From NCBI GenBank assembly GCA_027007005.1, contig JALTFO010000065.1, forward strand, positions 1,438-65,437: a stretch of 64,000 nt of DNA, written 5' to 3'. Positions 47,053-56,020 of the stretch are shown piece after piece (within the stretch, counting starts at the first letter, position 1; each line of letters begins with the position of its first letter). The notes under the pieces are model-generated. The model had not been told where the DNA came from. It worked only from the letters and a program-made list of their open reading frames with translations, and ran no database searches. Both the position numbers and the translations under genes were made by a program. The stretch is from Candidatus Bipolaricaulota bacterium (GTDB lineage Bacteria > Bipolaricaulota > Bipolaricaulia > UBA7950 > UBA9294).

Positions 47053-47574
47053 ATGGAAAAACTGTTTGTATACACTGATGCACGTGCACGGAATGATCCG
47101 GGCGAAGCTGGGATCGGCATAGCGATTACCGACAAAGACGGGAATGTCATTGAAGAGATCGCACGCCTCATCGGGCGCTCCACCTCCAGGATCGCTCGTT
47201 ATCGTGCTCTCATCGAAGCCGGGCGCGCGGCACTCGCTTATTCGCCGCAATCGGTGATTTTCTTCTCCAACGACCAACACCTGGTGAATCACCTAAACGG
47301 GGTGTTCACCACCAGGGAGCCTCATCTCAAACACCTTTTGGAGATCGCACGTGGAATCCTGGATAACTTCCCGCAATGGCGAGTAAACTTTGTCGATCAG
47401 AAAGTCAATCGGCAGGCTTCTCATCTCGTCGAACAGGCATTTCACGACAATGTTCGAGCGAAGATGAGCCGTGAACACCTGGAGCTGAATCTTCTGGCGC
47501 ATGTAGCCACACTTGACGATGCCCACTTGGAGCAACTGATAGAGTTCGCTAAGAAGCTAGAAGAGAGAGGCTAA
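47053..47574 (+). CDS. RNase H-like (RVT_3/RNase HI fold) protein with substituted catalytic residues
   Basis: The pattern VYTDARARNDPGEAGIGIAI ... STSRIARYRALIEA ... FSNDQHLV ... VNRQASHLVEQA follows the RNase HI order. However, the AE(Y/L) Glu is replaced by Arg and the (N..AD.LA) Asp by Ser. Confidence 0.65.
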   Translation: MEKLFVYTDARARNDPGEAGIGIAITDKDGNVIEEIARLIGRSTSRIARYRALIEAGRAALAYSPQSVIFFSNDQHLVNHLNGVFTTREPHLKHLLEIARGILDNFPQWRVNFVDQKVNRQASHLVEQAFHDNVRAKMSREHLELNLLAHVATLDDAHLEQLIEFAKKLEERG

Positions 47575-47576
47575 CG

Positions 47577-48035
47577 ATGCGCATCGTCTTACAGCGCGTG
47601 AGCAGAGGAGAGGTGCGTGTCGACGAGCGCACGGTCGCCGCAATAGGAAGCGGGATTGTCCTTCTTGTTGGATTTACACACGATGACAACGACGATCTGT
47701 TTGTGCATACAGCAGAGAAGATAGTTAACCTGCGGATTTTCGAGGATGACGATGGAAAGATGAACTGGTCGCTGCGCGATATATCAGGTGAGATCATCGC
47801 CGTACCTCAGTTTACACTGTACGGGAGTACGAAGAAGGGGCGCCGACCGAGCTTTGCCCATGCTGCCCTCCCCCAACGCGCTTCGAGGTTGTTTGATCTG
47901 TTTGTCGATGCGCTGCGTGAAACAGGAATACGGGTACAGAGCGGCGTATTTGGAGCTCACATGGAAGTTGACCTCGTAAACGATGGACCGGTCACATTCA
48001 TCCTCGACCTTGCGCCACCTCTGAAGAGCGGCTAA
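47577..48035 (+). CDS. dtd: D-aminoacyl-tRNA deacylase
   Basis: The motifs MRIVLQRV, LLVGFTHDD, FEDDDGKMN, SQFTLYG-like (PQFTLYGST) and NDGPVTF are present. Confidence 0.9.
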   Translation: MRIVLQRVSRGEVRVDERTVAAIGSGIVLLVGFTHDDNDDLFVHTAEKIVNLRIFEDDDGKMNWSLRDISGEIIAVPQFTLYGSTKKGRRPSFAHAALPQRASRLFDLFVDALRETGIRVQSGVFGAHMEVDLVNDGPVTFILDLAPPLKSG

Positions 48036-48131
48036 ACTTTGTTTAATAATTGGTTTGCAAATCAACTTCTGCAAGGCGTTTCTCCCTACTAAGAAACTTT
48101 GCAGGGTTTGTCTTGACCATAAGGAGGAACA

Positions 48132-48320
48132 ATGGCAGTCCCTAAGTATCGTACTTCGCGCTCGAAGGGGCGAATGCGGCGCGCGCACTATGGCGCGAGC
48201 GTGATGGCATCAATGGAATGTCCCCACTGTCACGAGCTGAAGCTCCCACATCGCGTATGTCCACACTGCGGGTATTACAACGGAATGGAAATCGTTGCCG
48301 TATCCAAGGAAGAAGAATAG
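48132..48320 (+). CDS. rpmF: 50S ribosomal protein L32
   Basis: The sequence MAVPKYRTSRSKGRMRRAH is followed by a CxxC...CxxC zinc ribbon. A GGAGG SD is present. Confidence 0.9.
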   Translation: MAVPKYRTSRSKGRMRRAHYGASVMASMECPHCHELKLPHRVCPHCGYYNGMEIVAVSKEEE

Positions 48321-48335
48321 AACGACAAAACCAAG

Positions 48336-48363
48336 GGCTGATCCCGACGTGTTGGGATCAGCC
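48336..48363 (+). terminator. hairpin after rpmF (possible terminator)
   Basis: GGCUGAUCCC pairs perfectly with GGGAUCAGCC over 10 bp with an 8-nt loop. The downstream tract is only weakly U-rich. Confidence 0.45.
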
Positions 48364-48565
48364 TGAATGCTTCTTCTCGTTCTCCATTCCTGTTTTGCTT
48401 GTTTTTTCGTAGTTTCTTGACTTCTTGCGTCGCTACGTCTCCACTCCACACCGCACTTTTCTCCAGTTGACTACAATGATAGTATGCCCATGACTGTGGG
48501 CAAGCAGGGCTATATTATTGACTTTTCCTGCCAATCCGTAGAGAATGGTATCAGGAGAAGAGAGA

Positions 48566-49945
48566 ATGTCGGATAAAGGACGATTGAGCGACACCCACAA
48601 CGAAGCCATTCGTGATCAATGGCGAGAGGTCCTGGCGAAGCTGCAGGATCGCATCCTCCGTGCTTGCCTTCCCAAAGACGTGCAGGCGATCTCTCTTTCT
48701 GACGATCGGCTGACAATCTCCGTGGATAGCGAGTTTAAGAAGGAGTACTGCCTGCGCAAGCAGGCGAAGCTACAGGCTGCCGTCACTGATGTCATCGGAG
48801 AGCGAGAGGTGGTGATAGGCGAGCCTCCGCTTCTCGAGCAAGCAAATGTTGACGAGCAGAGGCCAGGAACGAACGCGCGTATCGTCGTCCTGGGGGTCGG
48901 CGATGGTGGCGTGAACGCAGTCGGTCGGATGAAGAAGGAGAAGCTGCAGGGTGTCAGGCTGATCGCCGTGGACACGGACAAGCAGGTGCTGGGGATTGCT
49001 AATGCGGATGAGACCCTTCAATTAGCGGCTGATGTAACTGGCGGTAGAGGATCTGGCGGGGATGAGAATAAGGGTCGAAAGGCTGCTCTCGATTCACGTT
49101 GGGAACTAAGCTCCATCGTCAAAGGGATGGACCTCGTTTTTATCACAGCGGGCCTTGGAGGAGGCACGGGGACTGGTGCAGCGCCGGTCATCGCTGAGAT
49201 CGCAAAGGAGAGCGGGGCGCTAACCATCAGTGTTGTCACTAAGCCATTCACGTTTGAGGGAACCGTGCGCGCGCAGCGCGCGGAACGCGGCCTTGCGGAG
49301 CTTCGGAAGTCGGCCGATGTGTTGATTGTAATCTCCAATGATCGTCTCTTGGAGACAGCAACCAAGGGACTGGCGGTGACAAAGGCATTTGAGATCGCGG
49401 ATGGAATTCTCCATCAGGGTGTACGAGGAATATCCGATCTGGTTACAGTGCGCGGCTTGGTAAATCTCGATTTCGCCGATATCAATAACGTTCTCTCCGG
49501 GGCGGGAGAGGCGATGATGGGGATGGGAACGGCGAATGGGGAGCAACGCTCGATCACTGCAGCTAAGTTGGCAACAACGAATCCACTTCTAGAGGGAGGG
49601 TCGATTCGCGGTGCCCGCAGGATGATCATGAACGTCACTGGCGGAAACGACATGACGTTGGGAGAGGTGACCGCCGCCGCGGACCTCATTCGACGCACAG
49701 CAGCCACGGAATGCGATCTCGTTTTCGGTGCGGTTGTGCAGGAAGGATTTACAGACGGGATCAAGATCACGGTTATCGCCGCGGATTTTGGTGAAGCGTC
49801 CGATGAAATAAGTGACAGCAAGAAACGGGCATCACACAGGGAGCGGATTACAATCGGAAAAAACCTCGATGTCCCGACATTCCTGCGCCGTGAGCAACAA
49901 CAAAAAACCGCTTCTCCAGAGCAGCAAGATACCAGACAAGTTTAG
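48566..49945 (+). CDS. ftsZ: cell division protein FtsZ with an N-terminal extension of about 100 aa
   Basis: The core carries GVGDGGVNAV, GGGTGTGAAPVIAEIAKE and NDRLLE, and the C-terminal peptide is LDVPTFLRR. AGGAGAAG lies 6-8 nt upstream of the ATG at 48566. An alternative internal GTG at 48809 would remove the extension. Confidence 0.85.
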   Translation: MSDKGRLSDTHNEAIRDQWREVLAKLQDRILRACLPKDVQAISLSDDRLTISVDSEFKKEYCLRKQAKLQAAVTDVIGEREVVIGEPPLLEQANVDEQRPGTNARIVVLGVGDGGVNAVGRMKKEKLQGVRLIAVDTDKQVLGIANADETLQLAADVTGGRGSGGDENKGRKAALDSRWELSSIVKGMDLVFITAGLGGGTGTGAAPVIAEIAKESGALTISVVTKPFTFEGTVRAQRAERGLAELRKSADVLIVISNDRLLETATKGLAVTKAFEIADGILHQGVRGISDLVTVRGLVNLDFADINNVLSGAGEAMMGMGTANGEQRSITAAKLATTNPLLEGGSIRGARRMIMNVTGGNDMTLGEVTAAADLIRRTAATECDLVFGAVVQEGFTDGIKITVIAADFGEASDEISDSKKRASHRERITIGKNLDVPTFLRREQQQKTASPEQQDTRQV

Positions 49946-49961
49946 CCCTGTGACTCACAAT

Positions 49962-52703
49962 ATGTTAGACCAAGACGAGAATGCTGCGCTCAAGAGAGAG
50001 AATGCTGAACTCCGCCGTCGCTTGCAGGAGATAGACAAAGACTCCACCTCGCGGATCACGCAGTCTTATGAGCCGGCGATTGACTCCGACACCTGGGTGT
50101 GGCGCATCGACATGCAAGGCAGGTATACCTTTGCCTCTGAGCTCGTAGAACAGATACTCGGCTACACAAGAGCGGAGATCATCGGCCGTCCATTCTATGC
50201 CTTTTTCCATCCAGATGATCGGGAGAGATTGCGAGAGCTAGCGATGGATGCGATTACCTCCGGTCGGCCATTTCTCAGCTTGCGCAACCGTAACGTGCGC
50301 AAAGACGGATCCACTGTCATCCTGGAGACAACCGGGTTTCCCATCGTCTCCGAAACTGGCGAGATCACAGGCTACTACGGGGGAGATCGTGACGTGACTG
50401 CTCTCGTGCGTGCAGAGACCATCAAGCGTGAGAGAGAGGCTGTCTTTCAGCACATATTTGACGAGCTAGGGGATGCCGTGTATGTAACCGTGTGGGACGA
50501 GGATGGAAGCCGCAGAGTCGTGGAAGCAAACAGAGAAGCGATTCGACGGGTTGGTGGTAAGAGCGAAGCGGTGATTGGAAAGGATCTCTTGAGGGATTTC
50601 TCTCTAGCGAAGATCGAACCCGATCTGGGGACGATCCAAGGCATGCTTGATCGTGGGGACACAGCGCGGTACGTGATAAACCGGGTCGATTCGGAAGGTC
50701 GTGAGCGGTGGGAGGAGGTGGTGGAGGTACCGATACGTCACCAAAACAAACCAGCGAGCATCTCCGTTAACCGGGATATCACAGACCAGAAGCGCTCTGA
50801 AAAAGAGCTCCAACTCGCCCGCGAACAGTGGCGTACACAGTACAAGGGGACACCACTTCCCACGATAACCTGGCGTCACATCGATGGTGACTTCGAGCTC
50901 ATTGATTACAACAACGCCATCGAGGAACTGACCAGCGGTAGGATCGCCTCTTTCGTTGGAGAACGAGCTAGCGAGATGTATCCCGAGGAGCCTGAGATCT
51001 TAGGCGCAATGAGGGAGTGTTATGAGACACACCGGACTATTCAAGGAGAGATGGAGCATCGTTTTGTCACTACCGGAGAGTGGCACACACTATGGGTAAC
51101 AACTGGCTTTGCTCCACCCGATCTAATCCTCGTGCACCTAGCTGACATCTCGGATCGCAAGATGATGGAGAAGCAAATACGTGAGGCAAATAGTGATCTG
51201 CAACGGATCCTCGATGTAATGGGGGAGGGCGTTGTCGTCTTGGACGCGCAGGGCCGAATGACGCGACTGAACAAGAAGGCTTGCGAGTTGTTTGGTCGTC
51301 CCGAGGAAAAGATCTTAGGGCATGATTACTCCTTCTGGACCCACGCCGATTCACGCAATCTTCTGGCTGCTGAGCAACGCAAACGCAGGAATGGTGAGCG
51401 CAGCACCTACGAAGCTCGCATGCTGAAAGATGATGGAACGCCATTTTGGGCACACATCATCGCCGTGCCGGTGATCGACGATAACGGGGAGTTTCAAGGA
51501 TCGGTAGGGTGCTTAAGAGATGTTACAAGGGAGAAAGAAGCGCTTGCCAAGCTACAGCAATTACAGGCTTTTAATGATGAGCTTATCAAGACTGCAGGAG
51601 TATGGATCAATGTCACCGACAAGGACGGAAGGATCGTCCTGTGGAACGATGAGGCGGAGCAAATAAGCGGGTATTCGCGCGATGAGGTGATCGGAAGCGA
51701 CAGGATCTGGGAGTGGCTTTATCCCGATCCTGAGTACCGAAAAGAGGTCTGGCCGAAGCGGAAGAACATCCCGAGTAAAGAGGCTGCATTTCAGCGGATC
51801 GAGACGGTGATTTCGCGGAAGGGCGGCGAAGAGAGAGCCATCCAGTGGTATAGCAGGGCTTTGTACAATCATGATGGAGGGCCCGATGGTTGGGTAATTG
51901 TCGGTCACGATGTGACGATAACCAAGCACAACCTACAACGTTTGCAGGACTATGCCGCGCAGGTGGAAAGGCTCAGTCGCGAGAAGACGCGCTTCCTCTC
52001 GGTTGCATCACACGAGCTGCGCACCCCGCTAACGATCATCCGGGGTTTCATTGACCTTCTGTCGGAAGAGGAACTGCGTAGCGATCAGAGGGCGAAGATC
52101 GATCGTGTACAGGCACAACTTGACAGGTTTACGAAGCTCCTTGATGATCTGCTCAGTGTCTCTCGAATCGACTCTGGAGAGAGCCATCTCGCACTGTCGC
52201 TTGTTGATCTCTCTGAGATCACGCGCAAGGCCATCGAGCTACTGGAGCCAGAAGCAATGGCACACGGGGTTCAAATCGAGTCCGACGGTGCGCACGAATC
52301 CGTGATCGTCTACGCCGATGCTGACGCTGTAATGCAGATTGTCACAAACTTGCTGCTCAACTCCATAAGTTACAGCTTGAGTGGTGGCAAGATCAGGGTC
52401 TCCGTCACCGACGATCCCAATGGAGGGCACATAGCGGTTTCGGACACGGGGATTGGTATCTCTGAAAAGGAGCAAGAGCTAATCTTCCATGAGTTCCATC
52501 GTGCAGACAAAGCGCGCAGCATGAAGGCAAACGGCAGTGGGCTTGGCCTGGCTATTGTCAAGCGACTGCTAAAAGAGATGAACGGTGAGATCTGCGTGAG
52601 AAGCGCGGGTGAGAACAAGGGAAGCACGTTCTCGATCACGTTGCCAGCCACTGCACCCGAAGAAGACAAGAAGGAGAATAGCGATGCGGATACTGATCTG
52701 TGA
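49962..52703 (+). CDS. cytoplasmic multi-PAS sensor histidine kinase
   Basis: An N-terminal coiled coil is followed by about five PAS-like modules, then HisKA (SVASHELRTPL) and HATPase (N, G1 DTGIGI, G2 GSGLGLAIV). There are no TM segments. The start is uncertain because the SD is weak. Confidence 0.85.
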   Translation: MLDQDENAALKRENAELRRRLQEIDKDSTSRITQSYEPAIDSDTWVWRIDMQGRYTFASELVEQILGYTRAEIIGRPFYAFFHPDDRERLRELAMDAITSGRPFLSLRNRNVRKDGSTVILETTGFPIVSETGEITGYYGGDRDVTALVRAETIKREREAVFQHIFDELGDAVYVTVWDEDGSRRVVEANREAIRRVGGKSEAVIGKDLLRDFSLAKIEPDLGTIQGMLDRGDTARYVINRVDSEGRERWEEVVEVPIRHQNKPASISVNRDITDQKRSEKELQLAREQWRTQYKGTPLPTITWRHIDGDFELIDYNNAIEELTSGRIASFVGERASEMYPEEPEILGAMRECYETHRTIQGEMEHRFVTTGEWHTLWVTTGFAPPDLILVHLADISDRKMMEKQIREANSDLQRILDVMGEGVVVLDAQGRMTRLNKKACELFGRPEEKILGHDYSFWTHADSRNLLAAEQRKRRNGERSTYEARMLKDDGTPFWAHIIAVPVIDDNGEFQGSVGCLRDVTREKEALAKLQQLQAFNDELIKTAGVWINVTDKDGRIVLWNDEAEQISGYSRDEVIGSDRIWEWLYPDPEYRKEVWPKRKNIPSKEAAFQRIETVISRKGGEERAIQWYSRALYNHDGGPDGWVIVGHDVTITKHNLQRLQDYAAQVERLSREKTRFLSVASHELRTPLTIIRGFIDLLSEEELRSDQRAKIDRVQAQLDRFTKLLDDLLSVSRIDSGESHLALSLVDLSEITRKAIELLEPEAMAHGVQIESDGAHESVIVYADADAVMQIVTNLLLNSISYSLSGGKIRVSVTDDPNGGHIAVSDTGIGISEKEQELIFHEFHRADKARSMKANGSGLGLAIVKRLLKEMNGEICVRSAGENKGSTFSITLPATAPEEDKKENSDADTDL

Positions 52704-53340
52704 AGACGAGCCGGATATCATAACGATCCTCTCTTCATCACTGATTACCGAAGGATACGTTGTGGAAAGCGTCGCAACCGGCGAGGAACTTATTGAGAGG
52801 TTCAAGGGGACACCTCCTGATCTCGTGCTTCTAGACGTCAAGCTCCCCGGGATCGATGGGTGGGAGGTTCTCGACTGGATCCGTGCGCATAGTAACTGCC
52901 CGGTGATCATGCTCACCGCCTACGGACGGATCGCTGACAAGGTGCGTGGACTTTCCCGCGGTGCGGATGACTACATAACTAAACCCTTCAAGTTAGTTGA
53001 GATCAGGGCACGCATCAAAGCGGTGCTCCGCCGCTCAGTACCTGCAGAAGCGCGACAGTCACTGGAGATCGACGATGTGCATAAGGTGATCATCTTGAGA
53101 GGTACCAAAGTGTCTTTGTCACCCAAGCAATACGCGCTGGTCAGCTTACTAGCCTCACACCCAGGGCGTGTCTTCTCGCGAGAGGAGATCCTCTCCCACC
53201 TGTGGCCTGATAATCGCTATGCCACTTCCCAAGACGTCCAGAAATGCGTGTACCTGTTGCGCAAGAGGGTAGAAGAAGATCCTTCACACCCCAAACTCGT
53301 CCTAACTGTACGTGGCTTCGGTTACCGGCTGGCGAATTAA
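52684..53340 (+). CDS. OmpR-family response regulator
   Basis: The receiver domain (ILICEDEPD, DLVLLDVKLPGIDG, KPF) is followed by a winged-helix domain (LRKRVEEDP...TVRGFGYRL). The gene overlaps the kinase 3' end. Confidence 0.9.
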   Translation: MRILICEDEPDIITILSSSLITEGYVVESVATGEELIERFKGTPPDLVLLDVKLPGIDGWEVLDWIRAHSNCPVIMLTAYGRIADKVRGLSRGADDYITKPFKLVEIRARIKAVLRRSVPAEARQSLEIDDVHKVIILRGTKVSLSPKQYALVSLLASHPGRVFSREEILSHLWPDNRYATSQDVQKCVYLLRKRVEEDPSHPKLVLTVRGFGYRLAN

Positions 53341-53347
53341 CAACCAG

Positions 53348-55795
53348 TCACTCTGCGACGGTGAGCGTATGGGTGATAGTATCAAGTGTTCCATCATCAT
53401 CGATCACTACGAGACTCACAGTGTACGTGCCAGGGGCAGTATAAGTGTGTACAGGATTGTGGACGTCACCGCCATCGCATCCATCGACGCTTCCCGGACA
53501 GAATGTCCCATCGCCGAAGTCCCATGCGACGTGCACGACCTCACCTGAAGGGCTTTGATCGTACGAATGATCACTGAACGTAACGGGATCTCCCACGGAT
53601 GCCCCGCTGGGAAGATCAAACCGCGCAACCGGCCCGGCGTTCTTCACTACAATCTGCGACGTATAGGGGGCAGACTGTGCCCCATCGTCATCCGTCACGA
53701 TAAGGCTAACCTTGTAGGTTCCATCGTCGGGAAAACGGTGCTGCGGATTTCTGTCATTCGAACTTGTGCCTTCACCGAAGTTCCACGCCCACGCCACAAC
53801 CTTCCCATCCGAATCGCTTGACACGTCAGTAAACTGGACCTGATCAGCGTCGGTTGGCACATCTGGTGACACTTTGAACGCGGCGCTTGGCGGGCGGTTC
53901 TGCACGATAATCGTCACCTGGTTTGATAAGCCGGTCGCTCCATCATCATCCGTAACTTCCAGACGGACCTTGTAGGTGCCGTCCTGAGGATAGCTGTGGG
54001 TGATCGTGGGACAGGTGGTCTGTTGCTCGTAAGTCCCGTCTCCGTCCAGGTCCCATTCGTATGAGGCGATCTTACCAGATCTCGTTGGATTTTTATCATC
54101 CTGCGACTTCGATCCATCGAAAATCACTGTGTCGTTGGTGTTGACTTCTGTTTTTCCTTCCTTTCCGTTTGCTGTAAGATGGGCAGTCGGTGGGATATTC
54201 GCCACAGTGACCTTGGCGGAAACCATCGCCGATGAGCCATCGTTGTCTGTCACAGTGAGGGTAATTGTATACGCCCCATCGTCGCTGTACGCATGCTGCG
54301 GGGAACGTGTGCTTGAGGATGAGCCGTCTCCAAAGTTCCACTTCCAAGACGTAATCGCGCCATCGTCGTCGTGCGATTGATCGGTGAATTGAATAACCTC
54401 CGCCTGCTTCGGATAGAAGTTTGATATCTGAAACGCAGCCGCTGGCGGATAGTTTACAGTTACCCGCCCAGTGTACGGAAGCGAGGTGACTCCACAGTTA
54501 TCGATCACTTGGAGAGAGACCATGTGATCGCCTCCGTTCTTGAAGGAGAAGTGTCCGAAAGCAAAAGAACTAGTCTGATCCACGCTCCCGTCTGCATCGA
54601 CGTCCCAATCATACTTGACGATGGATCCGTCCCGATCGAACGAACTCGTCGCATCGAACGTAACCTCCTCTCCGACGTTCGGCCGATGCGGTGAGAAACT
54701 GAAACTAGCCACTGGAGCGATTGACTCTATCTTCAGCGACTGTGTCTGATAAGAGTGTTCATCGTTGTTGTCCATAACATCGAGGCCAACAGTGAAGTTC
54801 CCGCAACCGATGTACGTATGGGAGGGGTCCTGCTGCTTACTCGTTGTCCCATCGCCGAAGCTCCATTTCCAGGAAACAACCTCGCCGTCCGGGTCGTAGG
54901 ATTCATCGGTAAACAAAAGAGGATCCAGGCTCTGTAGGATGCGTTTACCCGCCTTCGAACGTACACTGAAGTCGACGTGCGGAAGCGCGTTTACGATTAC
55001 GTGCACATCTTTCACCACATGTGCTACGCCGCCCTTTTCGTCCCTTACACTGAGAAGAACAGAGTAGCTACCGGTTTGAACATAGGTATGGCTGAACGTC
55101 TGTCCACGGCCGATGGTTTCGTCTCCAAAGTCCCACGCGTAAGTCACAACTTTGCTTCTGGCATCGACAGAAGCATTGGCTGTGAACAGAACCGGTGTAC
55201 CTGGATGCGCTGGATCGGGAGTGAAGGAGAAGGTGGTCTGCAAAGGAGTGTATGAGGCCGAGTTTCTCTTTCCTGGTGTGCCGTAGAACAGGTTGCTAGG
55301 GTTGATGCTAGTGGCACTTGCCCAGTTCTCCGGGCTATCTGCCCCATTTGGGTCGATGCGCTCCATTGTGCGTGGCACATCACCCAGCTTCCCTGCTGGC
55401 CACGGGCCTCCTTGAGAATTAGCACTATCGATCTCGTTTCCCGCGGAGTTGAGGAGACGGAGGCTTTCTCCCCCATCGCGCATGGCGCCCGAATAGTAGA
55501 TTCTTCCTTCCACTCGTTTACCCTTCGCGCCCAATCTGTAAAGGACAAGGTACGTGTGTGAAGCAATCGACCCTGTAAGGGCGATGTCCGGTGCACCGTC
55601 AGATGAGACCAAGCGCCATCCGGTGAGGTCCACAGACGAGGCGGTTATGTTGTACAGCTCTATCCATTCTGCAGTCGGATCACCAGCGCTTCCTGCCCAG
55701 GCGACTTCGTTTATCGCTACATCGCGGCCCGTTGCAAGAAGTGATATGACAAACACCCCACCAATGAGCAAGGTAACTATCAAGGTTGTCTTCAA
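53348..55795 (-). CDS. surface/secreted protein with an N-terminal lamin-tail domain and seven PKD domains
   Basis: The LTD signature INEVAWAGS...EWIELYN...DLTGWRL is followed by seven repeats of the W.FGDG...H.Y...G.Y.V.L.V.DD.G PKD pattern. The TTG start at 55795, preceded by GAGGAGGAG, gives a signal-anchor N-terminus. Confidence 0.8.
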   Translation of the reverse strand: MKTTLIVTLLIGGVFVISLLATGRDVAINEVAWAGSAGDPTAEWIELYNITASSVDLTGWRLVSSDGAPDIALTGSIASHTYLVLYRLGAKGKRVEGRIYYSGAMRDGGESLRLLNSAGNEIDSANSQGGPWPAGKLGDVPRTMERIDPNGADSPENWASATSINPSNLFYGTPGKRNSASYTPLQTTFSFTPDPAHPGTPVLFTANASVDARSKVVTYAWDFGDETIGRGQTFSHTYVQTGSYSVLLSVRDEKGGVAHVVKDVHVIVNALPHVDFSVRSKAGKRILQSLDPLLFTDESYDPDGEVVSWKWSFGDGTTSKQQDPSHTYIGCGNFTVGLDVMDNNDEHSYQTQSLKIESIAPVASFSFSPHRPNVGEEVTFDATSSFDRDGSIVKYDWDVDADGSVDQTSSFAFGHFSFKNGGDHMVSLQVIDNCGVTSLPYTGRVTVNYPPAAAFQISNFYPKQAEVIQFTDQSHDDDGAITSWKWNFGDGSSSSTRSPQHAYSDDGAYTITLTVTDNDGSSAMVSAKVTVANIPPTAHLTANGKEGKTEVNTNDTVIFDGSKSQDDKNPTRSGKIASYEWDLDGDGTYEQQTTCPTITHSYPQDGTYKVRLEVTDDDGATGLSNQVTIIVQNRPPSAAFKVSPDVPTDADQVQFTDVSSDSDGKVVAWAWNFGEGTSSNDRNPQHRFPDDGTYKVSLIVTDDDGAQSAPYTSQIVVKNAGPVARFDLPSGASVGDPVTFSDHSYDQSPSGEVVHVAWDFGDGTFCPGSVDGCDGGDVHNPVHTYTAPGTYTVSLVVIDDDGTLDTITHTLTVAE

Positions 55796-55954
55796 CTGCT
55801 CCTCCTCATACTCTTGCTTGCCTGATGCGTCTACCCGCGAGCAGCACACACATATTTCAGGGTATCCTCCACGATACCGTTTGTATGTTCATAGAGCAAG
55901 GTCATTCATCACCAGGACAGTGGACCGTTACCGACAATGTTGGTCACCGCAGGG

Positions 55955-55983
55955 TTGTCTGGATGGACCTACTCTAGCATAAT
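55955..55983 (+). promoter_or_regulatory. candidate sigma-70-type promoter upstream of fpg
   Basis: TTGTCT (55955-55960) is followed by a 17-nt spacer and CATAAT (55978-55983), about 38 nt upstream of the fpg ATG. Confidence 0.3.
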
Positions 55984-56020
55984 GATAGTTTAGAACCTGA
56001 TCTCGGTCATGAGGAAGAAA

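Noticed and set aside
46963-47292. A 109-aa ORF antisense to the tRNA-Met and the RNase-H-like gene, together with the GTG-extended plus-strand ORF starting at 47038 inside the tRNA.
   Set aside because: Both overlap a well-folding tRNA. The plus-strand protein domain begins right after the ATG at 47053.
53348-55795. Periodic repeats that might have been a tandem DNA repeat or a CRISPR-like array.
   Set aside because: The periodicity is at the protein-domain level (seven diverged PKD domains of about 90 aa). There are no identical DNA repeats or spacers.
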